A stretch of DNA of 64,000 bases from a virus (lineage: Duplodnaviria > Caudoviricetes), in IMG/VR virus record IMGVR_UViG_3300012933_000371, positions 25,989 through 89,988 of that record; one strand, given 5' to 3'. The position numbers and the translations under genes are program-made. The notes under the pieces were generated by a model. That model was not told the DNA's origin and made no database searches. It saw only the letters and a program-made list of their open reading frames with translations. Of this stretch, positions 1 to 10,400 are shown one piece after another; position 1 is the stretch's first letter; every line of letters starts with the position of its first letter.

Positions 1-360
1 ATCACGAGCTGCCTCATAGGCTTGTGCTTTAGCTAGTAACTCTCGCTTACCTTCGCCCGTTTTAGGGTCGCTTTCGTAGCGGTCTATTTTAGCAGTTAGC
101 TTTTCAGCTTTTGCTTTATCGCCACGAGCTAGATAGTCGTCACGCTGACCTTCAGCAATAGTTTGTTTAATAGACTTTGACTGGTAAAAAGCATACGTAT
201 CCGTTGCTTTTAACATACTTTTCATAGCTGCCCCTGAATGCATACCTGCAAAATACGTTGTAATTGCCATGAATAGAGCCATAATAACAATGACTAAGCC
301 TGCTTTGTCTTTTATAAGCGCTTCACGCTCACTTCTAGATAATTTCTTTTCTTCGGTCAT
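1..360 (-). CDS. DUF4337-like membrane protein, 3' end truncated by the window edge; holin-position candidate
   Basis: Not in the ORF track. ATG at 360 abuts the endolysin stop. Translation MTEEKKLSRSEREALIKDKAGLVIVIMALFMAITTYFAGMHSG...DTYAFYQSKSIKQ...KIDRYESDPKTGEGKRELLAKA has one TM helix and the YQxKSIKQ motif I recall from DUF4337. Confidence 0.6.
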   Translation of the reverse strand, partial: MTEEKKLSRSEREALIKDKAGLVIVIMALFMAITTYFAGMHSGAAMKSMLKATDTYAFYQSKSIKQTIAEGQRDDYLARGDKAKAEKLTAKIDRYESDPKTGEGKRELLAKAQAYEAARD

Positions 361-975
361 TTAAGCTCCAAATACGTGTAAGGCGTGTTCGTAGTGCTTT
401 TTACGATCTTCTAGACCGATTGTACCACCGTTGATGCGCTTTGTTAGAGTTAAGATATCGCCACGATCAGCCCACTGATTTAGGTTGTTTGTTTCCCAGA
501 ACCAGCAAGCTGACTGTGCAGCACCTTCAAACGTTTCCATATATTCACTAGCCTCTTCAGGAGAGATCTCCAAGCTAGCTGCATACCAAAAATAATTGTC
601 TTTTCCAGTAAGTTGAATTAATCCTCGCCCGCAATAACGATAACCATCGCCGGATGCTTCATCGCCATTACCCATACGATTCGCATAAACACGATTAGCA
701 ATCGCCTGCGGCTTTTGTGCATATTGTGCGGCTAATTCGTCTGTGGGGAAATATTTTGCAAAAGTTTTGCGTAGTGACGGTGCTCGGTAATTTAAGTTTT
801 CTTTAATGGCGGAGAATCCGCCTGACTCGTGGGCGCATTGAGCTAAAAATGCTGCCATACGTTCAGGGGTATCAATTTGATACTCTGGTAGTAGTTGTTC
901 TAGAGCATGATGCCAATATTTGACATATGGATTCTTAGGGATGATCTGTTTTAGTTGATCTAATTGTAGTTCCAC
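361..975 (-). CDS. Endolysin, glycoside hydrolase family 19
   Basis: AAFLAQCAHESGGF, ENLNY, GRGLIQLTGKDNY and TKRINGGTIGLEDR motifs; directly downstream of the spanin pair. Confidence 0.92.
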   Translation of the reverse strand: MELQLDQLKQIIPKNPYVKYWHHALEQLLPEYQIDTPERMAAFLAQCAHESGGFSAIKENLNYRAPSLRKTFAKYFPTDELAAQYAQKPQAIANRVYANRMGNGDEASGDGYRYCGRGLIQLTGKDNYFWYAASLEISPEEASEYMETFEGAAQSACWFWETNNLNQWADRGDILTLTKRINGGTIGLEDRKKHYEHALHVFGA

Positions 976-1229
976 TAATTTAGCTCCTCAAATAGTTTCT
1001 TTTGTTTGTTATACCATGATTGCCACTGTGACACTTTGTTTTCACAAAGATGGTACTCAGTGTAGTTATCAACAACAATTTTGGTTAAATCACTTAAATG
1101 CACCGAACTAGGAAGTTCTTTGAGCTGCGTACAGCCTTCTAGTAACTCTTTTGGTGCTTCTGGAAATTTCTGTGCTACTGGTACTGTAGTACATCCAGTT
1201 AAGAGTAGAAGCAGTAATATGTATTTCAT
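975..1229 (-). CDS. o-spanin (Rz1-like lipoprotein)
   Basis: Lipobox LLLLLTGC, Pro-rich segment, second Cys; follows the i-spanin. Confidence 0.8.
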   Translation of the reverse strand: MKYILLLLLLTGCTTVPVAQKFPEAPKELLEGCTQLKELPSSVHLSDLTKIVVDNYTEYHLCENKVSQWQSWYNKQKKLFEELN

Positions 1230-1633
1230 TTTGCTGCCTTATTGAGAGTTTCGACCACCTCTTTAGGTATTTTGCAGGCTTCGTCGTATTTAATAACTTC
1301 TCTGTCGATGTATTGAATTAGTTGTTGCTTGGTTTCAATACGTTGTTCTTTGTTAGATGCTATGTTCCTGACAACATCAGTATTTACCTTAGCTGATTGA
1401 GCTTCTAACACTAGAACTTGTTTTTCTAATTCTGTTACACGCTTTAACCAAGCATCGTTGTCAGAAATAGCTCCTGACATATATGTACCGAAAAAAACTA
1501 ATCCAATACTTGTATACTGGATTAGTTTTGCTTGAGGTAAAATTTTAACAGTCTTAGTTACCAGATACCCCACGATGCCTAAGAAAAACATTACGGAGAA
1601 TATCCAGCTTGGTAAGAACTTTAGGATCCACAT
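1226..1633 (-). CDS. i-spanin (Rz-like)
   Basis: N-terminal TM segments, coiled coil, C-terminal Cys (ACKIP); overlaps the o-spanin start. Confidence 0.75.
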   Translation of the reverse strand: MWILKFLPSWIFSVMFFLGIVGYLVTKTVKILPQAKLIQYTSIGLVFFGTYMSGAISDNDAWLKRVTELEKQVLVLEAQSAKVNTDVVRNIASNKEQRIETKQQLIQYIDREVIKYDEACKIPKEVVETLNKAAK

Positions 1634-1636
1634 AGG

Positions 1637-1984
1637 TTACTCTGGTTTCCAGCTAACTGTAGCTTCATCCCAGTAGTAGCTATTACCATCTAGCGGCATA
1701 CTTATTGGTGGGTTCCATAAACAAGTATTTTCGTCTAGTACCCAACTAGCATAAGTTTTAGGAGGTATAAACGCGTCTAGTAGTGGATTATATGTATAAT
1801 TAACACCAGCGTAATTTTTTCGCAAAGGTGTACCGCCTAAAGCATGTACGCCTCCACGAGTATTATAGCTTGTTTGAACAAATGTTGCAGGATCTCCAAA
1901 AAGACCTGTATCGATTGTTTCTTGCTCTATTACAATTACTCGTGTTACGATGTTATTTTCATCTAATTGTGCAAAATGACTCAT
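1637..1984 (-). CDS. Fibre-cluster hypothetical protein (possible fibre assembly chaperone)
   Basis: 115-aa ORF at the end of the fibre cluster with aromatic-rich C-terminus (YYWDEATVSW). Confidence 0.5.
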   Translation of the reverse strand: MSHFAQLDENNIVTRVIVIEQETIDTGLFGDPATFVQTSYNTRGGVHALGGTPLRKNYAGVNYTYNPLLDAFIPPKTYASWVLDENTCLWNPPISMPLDGNSYYWDEATVSWKPE

Positions 1985-1994
1985 ACTATTTCCA

Positions 1995-3056
1995 TTAAAA
2001 GGTTATACTACCGGATGCCGTAAAGATATACACCTTATAGCCAGATGGAGTTAAAAGTGTTGGACTACCTGTAGTTGAGGCTGGTGTAACAGTATCAACT
2101 ATTCGTAGTATTACAACTCCTGAACCGCCGTTACCTCCTGCACCAGTGCCTCTGTTTCCAGTGCCACCACCGCCACCACCGGAATTAGCGCCGCCTGCTC
2201 CGCCATTGCCACTATTAGTATTACTAAGAGTGCCTGACTGTCCGCCATTTGAGCCACCTGTACCAACTGGACCAGTTGTGGCGCTGCCATTACTGCTGCC
2301 ACCGCCGCCGCCTGCACCGCCATTACCGGCTTTTCCAGCAGTGGTTGTCCAAAATCCACCGCCGCCACCGCCGCCATAATAAACTGAGCTTCCTGTTATA
2401 TCATATGCTAAACCAGCACCACCGTTGCCACCGTAAGCCCCGTTTGTTACTACGTTTGCTCCTCTACCATCGGCACCAACGGCGCCGGCTCCGCCACCGC
2501 CACCCATGCCTGGATAGGTTGTGTTTGTTATGCATAGGCCAGCTCCACCACCAGCAAATCCAAATCCAGGAAGAGCTACTCCTCCTGGGTATGCAATTGT
2601 GGTATTGTTGGCAGCAACAGCACCGCCGCCACTTGCTCCGGCACCTGGATGACCAGGAAAATTATACCCAGTTTGTCCGCCTCCTCCTCCTGGAGCTATT
2701 GTTAGTGTTGTACTATTCACTGATATTGATGTAGCATTTCCTGGAACAGGGCTACCGGTTGGGGCTGCTTGATACACTATACCAACTCCTCCGGCACCAA
2801 TTGTTATTGTATATGCTACACCTTTAGCAAGAAGTACTCCACTTGAATAAACTACTCCACCGCCACCGCCGCCAGGCCCACAACCAGCTCCACCGCCGCC
2901 AACTACTAATGTATCGGCTGATATAGTACTAGATGCTGCGGCAGCAGGAGGCCAGATACCGGATTGTTTTCCTTGTGCTTGGTCAACAGTAGTGTATATA
3001 CCAGAACCTACAATAGGCTTACCAGAAATAAGCCCGCCTTTGTATCTTTTAGTCAT
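1995..3056 (-). CDS. Glycine-rich tail fibre / receptor-binding-type protein
   Basis: Repeated GGGGG/GGAG tracts, LVVGGGG start motif and GGSGVVILR...Y.FT.SG.ITF end typical of phage glycine-rich domains. Confidence 0.7.
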   Translation of the reverse strand: MTKRYKGGLISGKPIVGSGIYTTVDQAQGKQSGIWPPAAAASSTISADTLVVGGGGAGCGPGGGGGGVVYSSGVLLAKGVAYTITIGAGGVGIVYQAAPTGSPVPGNATSISVNSTTLTIAPGGGGGQTGYNFPGHPGAGASGGGAVAANNTTIAYPGGVALPGFGFAGGGAGLCITNTTYPGMGGGGGAGAVGADGRGANVVTNGAYGGNGGAGLAYDITGSSVYYGGGGGGGFWTTTAGKAGNGGAGGGGGSSNGSATTGPVGTGGSNGGQSGTLSNTNSGNGGAGGANSGGGGGGTGNRGTGAGGNGGSGVVILRIVDTVTPASTTGSPTLLTPSGYKVYIFTASGSITF

Positions 3057-3427
3057 TAGCTAATATCCTCATAACTATAAGTAACTGATAGTACTCCTGA
3101 AGTACCCGCTGTAGCTCCAATACTAGAATTTTCTTCTAAATAGTATTGACTGGATTTATCAATAACGGTTAGTGTACTGTACGGAGGAATAGGTGCAGTT
3201 CCTAGGATTACAAAAGCTGTACCACCAATAGCAGCAGCATTATAGTAACTTACTGTTACGTTTGCCGCAGTACCGCTGTTATTGGCAATGTTTAAAGTAT
3301 TAACTTTAAGGCATTTATCTGAACTTGCTGCATTACTAAGTACACTAGTAGCGCTAGTAGTACTTAAATTAACTCCGCCTGTTTTGCCGTTAATTGTTGT
3401 TGCTGCAATTAAATTTGGTGCTGCCAT
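3056..3427 (-). CDS. Small tail-fibre-associated protein
   Basis: 123-aa beta-rich ORF, similar in style to 11400-11729. Confidence 0.5.
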   Translation of the reverse strand: MAAPNLIAATTINGKTGGVNLSTTSATSVLSNAASSDKCLKVNTLNIANNSGTAANVTVSYYNAAAIGGTAFVILGTAPIPPYSTLTVIDKSSQYYLEENSSIGATAGTSGVLSVTYSYEDIS

Positions 3428-3428
3428 A

Positions 3429-4025
3429 TTATGCTCCGAAGACTAAACTATAGCCAACTGCTGCGGCCATAGTGGGTTTGTTTGTTAAGTCAGTATAACT
3501 TCCCGTTGAAGCTACTGTGGCCAATGTAGGCGTATTTGTTAAATCCACATAGCTTCCACTAAATAGTGTAGGCTTGTTAGTTAAGTCGGTATAACTTCCA
3601 CTAAATAATGTAGGCTTGCTTGTTAAGTCTGTGTAGCTTCCACTAAATAGTGTGGGCTTGTTTAACAAGTCTGTATAACTACCTGTAGTGGCCACAGCGG
3701 CTAGACTGCTGGTATTAGCTTTAGTACCTAGTGTGGTTACAATAGCTGCTGTTGCGGTCTCGTCTGTTGCTAGCTGATCTGCGATTTCTTTAAGTGTATC
3801 TAAAGTACCAGGAGCTCCGTTAACTAAATTACTTATCGCGGTAGCAACATAAGTTTCAGAAGCCAAACCAGTAATACTAGGAATACTAGGTTTATCCAGT
3901 AGATCCGTATAGCTTCCACTAATAGCTACATCGGCTATATCGATAATTTCGGCGGCTTGAACTTGACCGCCTTCTAGCACCCCTCCGGCGCTTACTGCCC
4001 TAGCTAGATTTACTGCTTTTGACAT
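3429..4025 (-). CDS. Tail fibre protein with 13-aa repeats
   Basis: GAPGTLDTLKEIADQL motif and tandem LFSGSYTDLTNKPT repeats. Confidence 0.65.
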   Translation of the reverse strand: MSKAVNLARAVSAGGVLEGGQVQAAEIIDIADVAISGSYTDLLDKPSIPSITGLASETYVATAISNLVNGAPGTLDTLKEIADQLATDETATAAIVTTLGTKANTSSLAAVATTGSYTDLLNKPTLFSGSYTDLTSKPTLFSGSYTDLTNKPTLFSGSYVDLTNTPTLATVASTGSYTDLTNKPTMAAAVGYSLVFGA

Positions 4026-4082
4026 ATTTATTCCTTATTAAAAACAAACCCAATTTCTTGGGCTTGTTTTAGGTTACTGTAC

Positions 4083-4487
4083 TTATAGCTTATTAAGACT
4101 ATCTAGTAGCTTTACTTTTTCCCAGTAGTTATCTGGGCAAGCTTTGCCCGATTTAGGGTCGTGCTGCTCGCCGTAAATATCTTCTATAGGCTCTCCATCT
4201 AAATCTCTGAGTGCAAAAACACAGTAATATACAACATCATCTTCTAATGCTATAATTCTATGTTTTGCTTCTTTTCTGATTACAATGAAAGTAGGGGCGA
4301 TGAACTCTTTGGGCTCTTCTTGTTCTACTTGGACCAGTACTTTGCCTTTAACAAGCATAGTAACGTGGTCAAAGTAATGTCGATGGCCTGATTGTGCATC
4401 TCCGGCTTTATCTAATGCGTTTTGCCTGACCCAAAGGTTTCCAAAGAAACCTAGGTCAGTATGCTTGTTATTATCTACTATTTCCAT
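4083..4487 (-). CDS. Cupin-fold protein
   Basis: GHRHYFDHVTMLVKGKV and KHRIIALED cupin motifs. Start reassigned to MEIVD (4487), next to the upstream stop. Confidence 0.7.
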   Translation of the reverse strand: MEIVDNNKHTDLGFFGNLWVRQNALDKAGDAQSGHRHYFDHVTMLVKGKVLVQVEQEEPKEFIAPTFIVIRKEAKHRIIALEDDVVYYCVFALRDLDGEPIEDIYGEQHDPKSGKACPDNYWEKVKLLDSLNKL

Positions 4488-4488
4488 T

Positions 4489-7400
4489 TTACTTTGTTTG
4501 TACTGGTGATGTTGGTGGAGTAAACGCTGCGTTATATCGTGCAACACCTTTAGTGATTCTTAGATCCTGAAGGTATCCGTTGAAATCTTGACTACCTGTA
4601 TTTGGATTAGAGCCGATATATGTACTTGTTACTGCATTAAAGTTATATGTACTTGTTGCAGTTGCCACACTAACTCCATTGATATATGCAGTCATATTGC
4701 CGGCACCTGTTCCATTTCTTACTATTGCAAAATGTTGCCATTGACCAAGTTTAAATGAACCTGACGGGAATGACAATCTAGCAGTAGTTGCTTCACAGAA
4801 ATCAGCAGAACCTGCAGCATAAATGATGAGTAAGTGTTCGCCTGTAGTAGGTGTTCCTTGTGATAACACACGAGCATTACTAGGTAAAGAGCTGTGATAG
4901 ATCCAGCCTTCGATAGTAAAATCACCTGATCCCAGTGAATTTGACGGTCCTGGCTTAGTTAATACCACATCACCGGCGCCGTCAAAATACATACTCATTC
5001 CAGAATTTTTCTGAAATGGGTTGAATGATTTAACTGCTACTGTGTTATATGCTGTCAATGTAGCCGCATTAGTACTATTGTCTTTAAATCTATTAGATTG
5101 ACATGTTAGCAACTGTGTACCAGATACCGCAGTTAGTGGGCTTGTACTTGGCGTAAATGTCGTTGTATACAAACAAGTATTAGCAACTCTATGATTACTA
5201 ATATAACCGTGTGTAGCATTGACATTACCAGGACTAAATATTGCCCATGCACCTTGTGTATAAGTAGTTGCTGTTGTAGTAGATCCAACAGAAACTCCGT
5301 TAACCCACATTGTCATAAGATTACTACTATCTCTAGTAATTGCTATATGATACCACTGCCCTAATACAATAGATGATACCAAGAATGTTGAGTTAAATAT
5401 ATTACTTGAGCCATATAAGTTAGGTGATATTCTAGTACCGTCGTTATATAAAGCGAATCCACCATTAGATTGTACACCCATCAATGAACCTGCTTGCGGT
5501 GTAACCGCCCAATTTGCCCAGAATTCAACAGTAAAGGTTCCTGACAATGTAGTCCACGATGCCGAAGGCACAGTTAGATAATCGCCGTTACCATCTGAAA
5601 AATTACTATAATAATTACCAGCATAAGGATCTTGAGGCCATAACTTAGTATCGCCAACGGTTTCTAAGTCAATAGTTCCGTGTGCATCAATAATACCTCC
5701 ACTAGTACCTGTTAAGTACAAACTAGATGGATATGTAGTTGTATTTACAGTAGCTATTGCTGTTACTGGTGCTGCAGGCGGAGCAAAGTTAGAAGTATAT
5801 AACGTAGCCCCCTTGGTAATGCGAACATCACTCAAGTACCCGTTTGTAAATTCTGCAGGTCCTGAGGTATAGTACCCTCCTACCCATTGAATAGCCGTAG
5901 TCAAGTTATATGTAGTTGATGTGCCAGCATTAACCCCGTTAATGTATAGTACTTGAGTAGATCCAGATGTTCCTACCCATGCAATATGATTCCACGCATT
6001 TAGCACCGGCAGTGTGTTAGAACTAACCCAATTACCTCCAGCATCTCCAGCTAATAAACTTCCATTATTGAATCTAATACAGAATGTTCCTGCCGAGAAA
6101 CCTCCTGTTGTTGCTGTTACGATACGCTGATATCCACTGACACTTGTAGGATAAATCCAGAATTCTACTGTTGCTGAATTTTGTCCTATAATTAACTCCG
6201 AACTACTTGGCATACTTAAGTAATCACCATTACCATCAAAGTACATTGATCCGCCGGTAATTTCTGGCGAACATACTACGTTTTCGGTTATGGTTACTCC
6301 AGAACTACCAAACGGGTTAGTTGTTCTAGGGTATACGTTGCCAGTAGTTACTTGGTTAATTCTATTAACACTAATATCCTTAGCATCAGCAGACTGGAAT
6401 CCAAGATACGAAGTATTGTAGCCAAATGGGCTCCATGATTTTGCTATAGTTGCTGAACCACTTTTTGTGATTTGATAACCATTTGTACTATTATCTTTAA
6501 GATCTGCAGATTGACAAGTTAATAGAACAGTATTCGCTACCGCTGTTAGCGGAGCAGTACTTGGCGTAAAGTTTGTAGTATATAAGCCGGTTCCTTTGAT
6601 AATTCTGAAGTTACTTATATACATATTTGTATATGTAGGGTCGTCAGTTATACCAATTTTTGCAGTAGGATTTGAACAATTTTGTGTAAATGAATTGTTG
6701 GTATAATCCAATACACCATTTAAGTACCACTTAAGTACACCAGAAACTCTAACAACAGCTAAATGATTCCATTGATTACTTACAACAGTTGCTGTGCCGC
6801 CACCGTATGATGTGTTGGTATTCCAATATATTTGATTTGTTGATGAAACTTTTATACCAAAACCGCCAGCAGCGTCAGGCGATCTGCCGGCAGTATAAAT
6901 ACCATCATCACGGCCAGTTTGTATTCTATAGAACCAACATTCTATTGTGAAATCACCTGTACCTAGTGCAAGGTTTGAACCTGTTGCAGTTAAATAGTCT
7001 GAAGTTGAGTTGTTAAAGTAAACACTATTACCGTTAGTTGGGATTGTACCAACTGCAGCAATGTTAGTTCCTGAGCTTTGTGATACTTGTAGTGGCGAAG
7101 CAGGTACTGTGAAAGCGCCTGTATAAACACCAACACCTCTAACTACACGTAAGTTACTGATTGAACCAAGTAGTTCTGTAGAAGAATATCCTGGACTATC
7201 ACCTACAGTGCCAACTGTTAAGGTACTTGTTGAGCCAAAATCTTCAGAGCCTGTGTATGTGCCGCGAGCAACGCCGTCAACATATAATGTAGTGACTCCA
7301 GCTATTCTAACTACCGCTAAATGATACCAAGTATATTGGGCAAGACTTATAGTATATAAAATCTTAGTAGTACTGCCTATATTAAATGTTACTTGGTTAT

Positions 7401-10400
7401 ATGTTCCGTTGTAAAGCAAATTAGGTACTGCAGGGTTTGTTCCGCTTGGTCTAAAGTCCCAGATACCTACGTTTGAGTCATTGTCTAGTCTTAACCAAGT
7501 TTCAACAGTATAATCTGACTTTCCTAAACCAAATACAGGCGAAACGTTTGCGCTTCCTGCAGCAGGAGAAATAACATAGCCATTACCATCCATATAAGCA
7601 CTATATGCTGTAGGTGTTACAGTTTTTCCACCAAAAGGTGAGTATGCTTGAACTGACGGAGTTCCAGATACAGTCGCTGCAAAAGTATTAGGGCTATTGT
7701 CAATTAAACGATTACTTTGACACGTTAGTAATTGAGTGTTAGTAATTGCGGTTAATGGTACTGTGCTTGGCGTAAATACTTGAGTTCCTACAGTAGTACT
7801 TGCAGTTGTGTATAGTGCAGTACCTTTTAAGATTCTAAAGTTAGAAATATTACCTGTTATATAGTCGTTGCCACCACCACTACCAACTGATACTGTTGCA
7901 GAAGTACCGTAGTTACCAGTATCTGTACTAACATAGGCCAATGTACCGTTAACGTACATTTTAAATCCGTTTGCTGAAGTGTTTTCTCGCACTACTGCAA
8001 AATGAGTCCAGGTATCAGTTGCAATTAAGTATGATGCTCCAGTTACGTGAGTAGTAGATGCAGGGCCAGAATAGTAACGCAAACAACCTACAGTTGATCC
8101 ACTATAACCACCTGTACCTAATAAAAATTGACTGCCTTGAACAGTAATTTGTTTATTATTAGTTCCCTTAGGTAACTTTACCCACCCTTCAAATGTAAAG
8201 GCACCAGTACCAAACGCATATTGAGTGCTAGATGGGAAAGTTAATTGAGACCCACCGTCAAAGTATGTACTCCAGCCGTTTTGGCTAAATGGACTAAACG
8301 TACCTTGTGTGGGATTACCTGATCTAGTTACAATATTGTTAGCGCTGCTTTGGTCAACAAAGTTATTATTTGTTGAGTTACCATTATACTGTAGGGTTAG
8401 TAATTTTGTATTTGTTACAGCAGTTAGGGGTGTTTGCGGAGGCAAGAAGTTTGAGGTATATACTGCTGAGCCTATAACAAGCCTAAAATCAGATATATAT
8501 GCATTAAATGAACCTGCAGATCCGTATCCTGCACGTGCCGCTATTGATGGCTGTTTAATATAATCGCCATAATAGTCAATTGCTTGAGTACCAATATTAT
8601 AAGTAGTAGCATCTGCGATACCATTAACATATAAGGTAAAAGTACCATTGTTACGAACCAGTGCCACATGGTTCCACATATTTAATTTAACTTGTTGTGA
8701 AGTACCTGTAAACGATACACCACCATTACCATTTTGATCCCAAGTATAGTTTAAGTATCCACTAGACTGTAATGTAAAAATACTTTGTCCACCAATGCCA
8801 TACCATTGGTTAAACAAAGCACCTTCATTACCACCAGGGTAGTTTATGGGATATATCCAACATTCGTATGTGAAGTTTTTGTCAGTTAATGCAAATAGGG
8901 CTGAAGTACTACGAGTTTCATCAGCAATCTTTAAAAAGTCGCCAGAGCCATCAAAATAAGCGGAACCAATACTAGTTAGTGTATTTGTACTGGTAGTCTG
9001 TGTGAAGGGGCTAAATGCAGTTGGTTGTGCATCACCATAACTTGTGACAACAAACGCATTAGTTGAGTTATCTTTTAGGGTTGAGTTTTGGCAAGTTAAT
9101 AAGCTTGTACCTGACACTGCGGTTAATGGAGCTGTACTAGGTGTAAAAGTTGTTGTATATAGTGCCGTACCTGTAACTACTCTAAAATTACTAATATAAC
9201 CTCGATAATAAATTGCAGAGGAGCCATTTCTACCAAGATACAGTGTGCTACCAGTATAATTAGTTGTGTCACTTGTAAAGGTACTACCTGCTTGAGTACC
9301 GTTTAAGAATAATTTAGTATTCCCGCCCTGTCTTGTTATTGCAATATGCGTCCATTTATTGCCGTAATTAGCAGATGTAAACCCGGATACGGTTATTTTA
9401 TTTGTTCCGCTTGCGTCAGTATAAAAAGATAAATTGTTATCTGAATAACGATATAGCAAAAATCCAGAAATATTAGCAAACAAATCATAGCGTGTGCCAT
9501 CTACGCCGGTAAAATAGAACCAACCTTCAACAGTAAAATCACCTGTACCAATTGTTATACCAGTAGAGGGAACTGTTAAGTAATCACCAGTACCATCAAA
9601 GTACGTACTATACTGCGTGTTATAAGCAATAGATGTTGGTCTTGCAAAAGGAACAGACGACGTTACTGGTACTGACGATACTGGCGTTATTTTGCAATTA
9701 TATGGGCTAGTATCTATTAAACGACTAGAGTTTGCGCATAGTAATGTAGTGCCGGCGATAGCTGTTAAAGCCTGCGTAGAAGGGGTAAAATTAGCCGTGT
9801 ATACTGCAGTACCCTTAACGATTCTAAAATTACTTAAAGAGAATTTATTTTTATATCCTGTTGAGTAATACCCACCTAATGCAAGATATGTTGCAGTATA
9901 GTTTGTTGTGTCAGCACCAGTTTGGCAAGCTACTCCATCAATATATAAAGTGAATACGCTATTATTTTTAACTAATGCAAAATGTGTCCAAGCAAACATC
10001 TTTGGCACAGGTGTATTTGGTTGTGCAAAGTTTGAACCACCACTATATGTATGCCATAAGCTATTATAAGTTGCAAACGCAACTCCTGATCCGTTACTTG
10101 GTAAATATCCATTATCACTTAGATGGAATATACCTCCGTTCCAGTCTATTCCACCTTCTAGTCTTACCCAACCTTCAATAGTCCAATTACCTGCTCCAAG
10201 TGGAGTAACTGGAATAGTTGCATAGCTGCTATTATCAAAATAATTGCTGTAATAACCTTCTTGATACGGATTAAAGCTATTTGGCTTTGTATCACCAATT
10301 ACGGTCACTTGATTATTAACTGAACTAGCATCACTTACAAAGGATGGAGTTGGAGTTGTGCCGTTTAATAGTAAAGTAGTATCTTTCCAGTAAGTATCGC

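Noticed and set aside
2111-2734. Pro-rich, His-rich and Ala-rich ORFs overlapping the glycine-rich gene
   Set aside because: Shadow frames of GGN codon runs; no SD or promoter.
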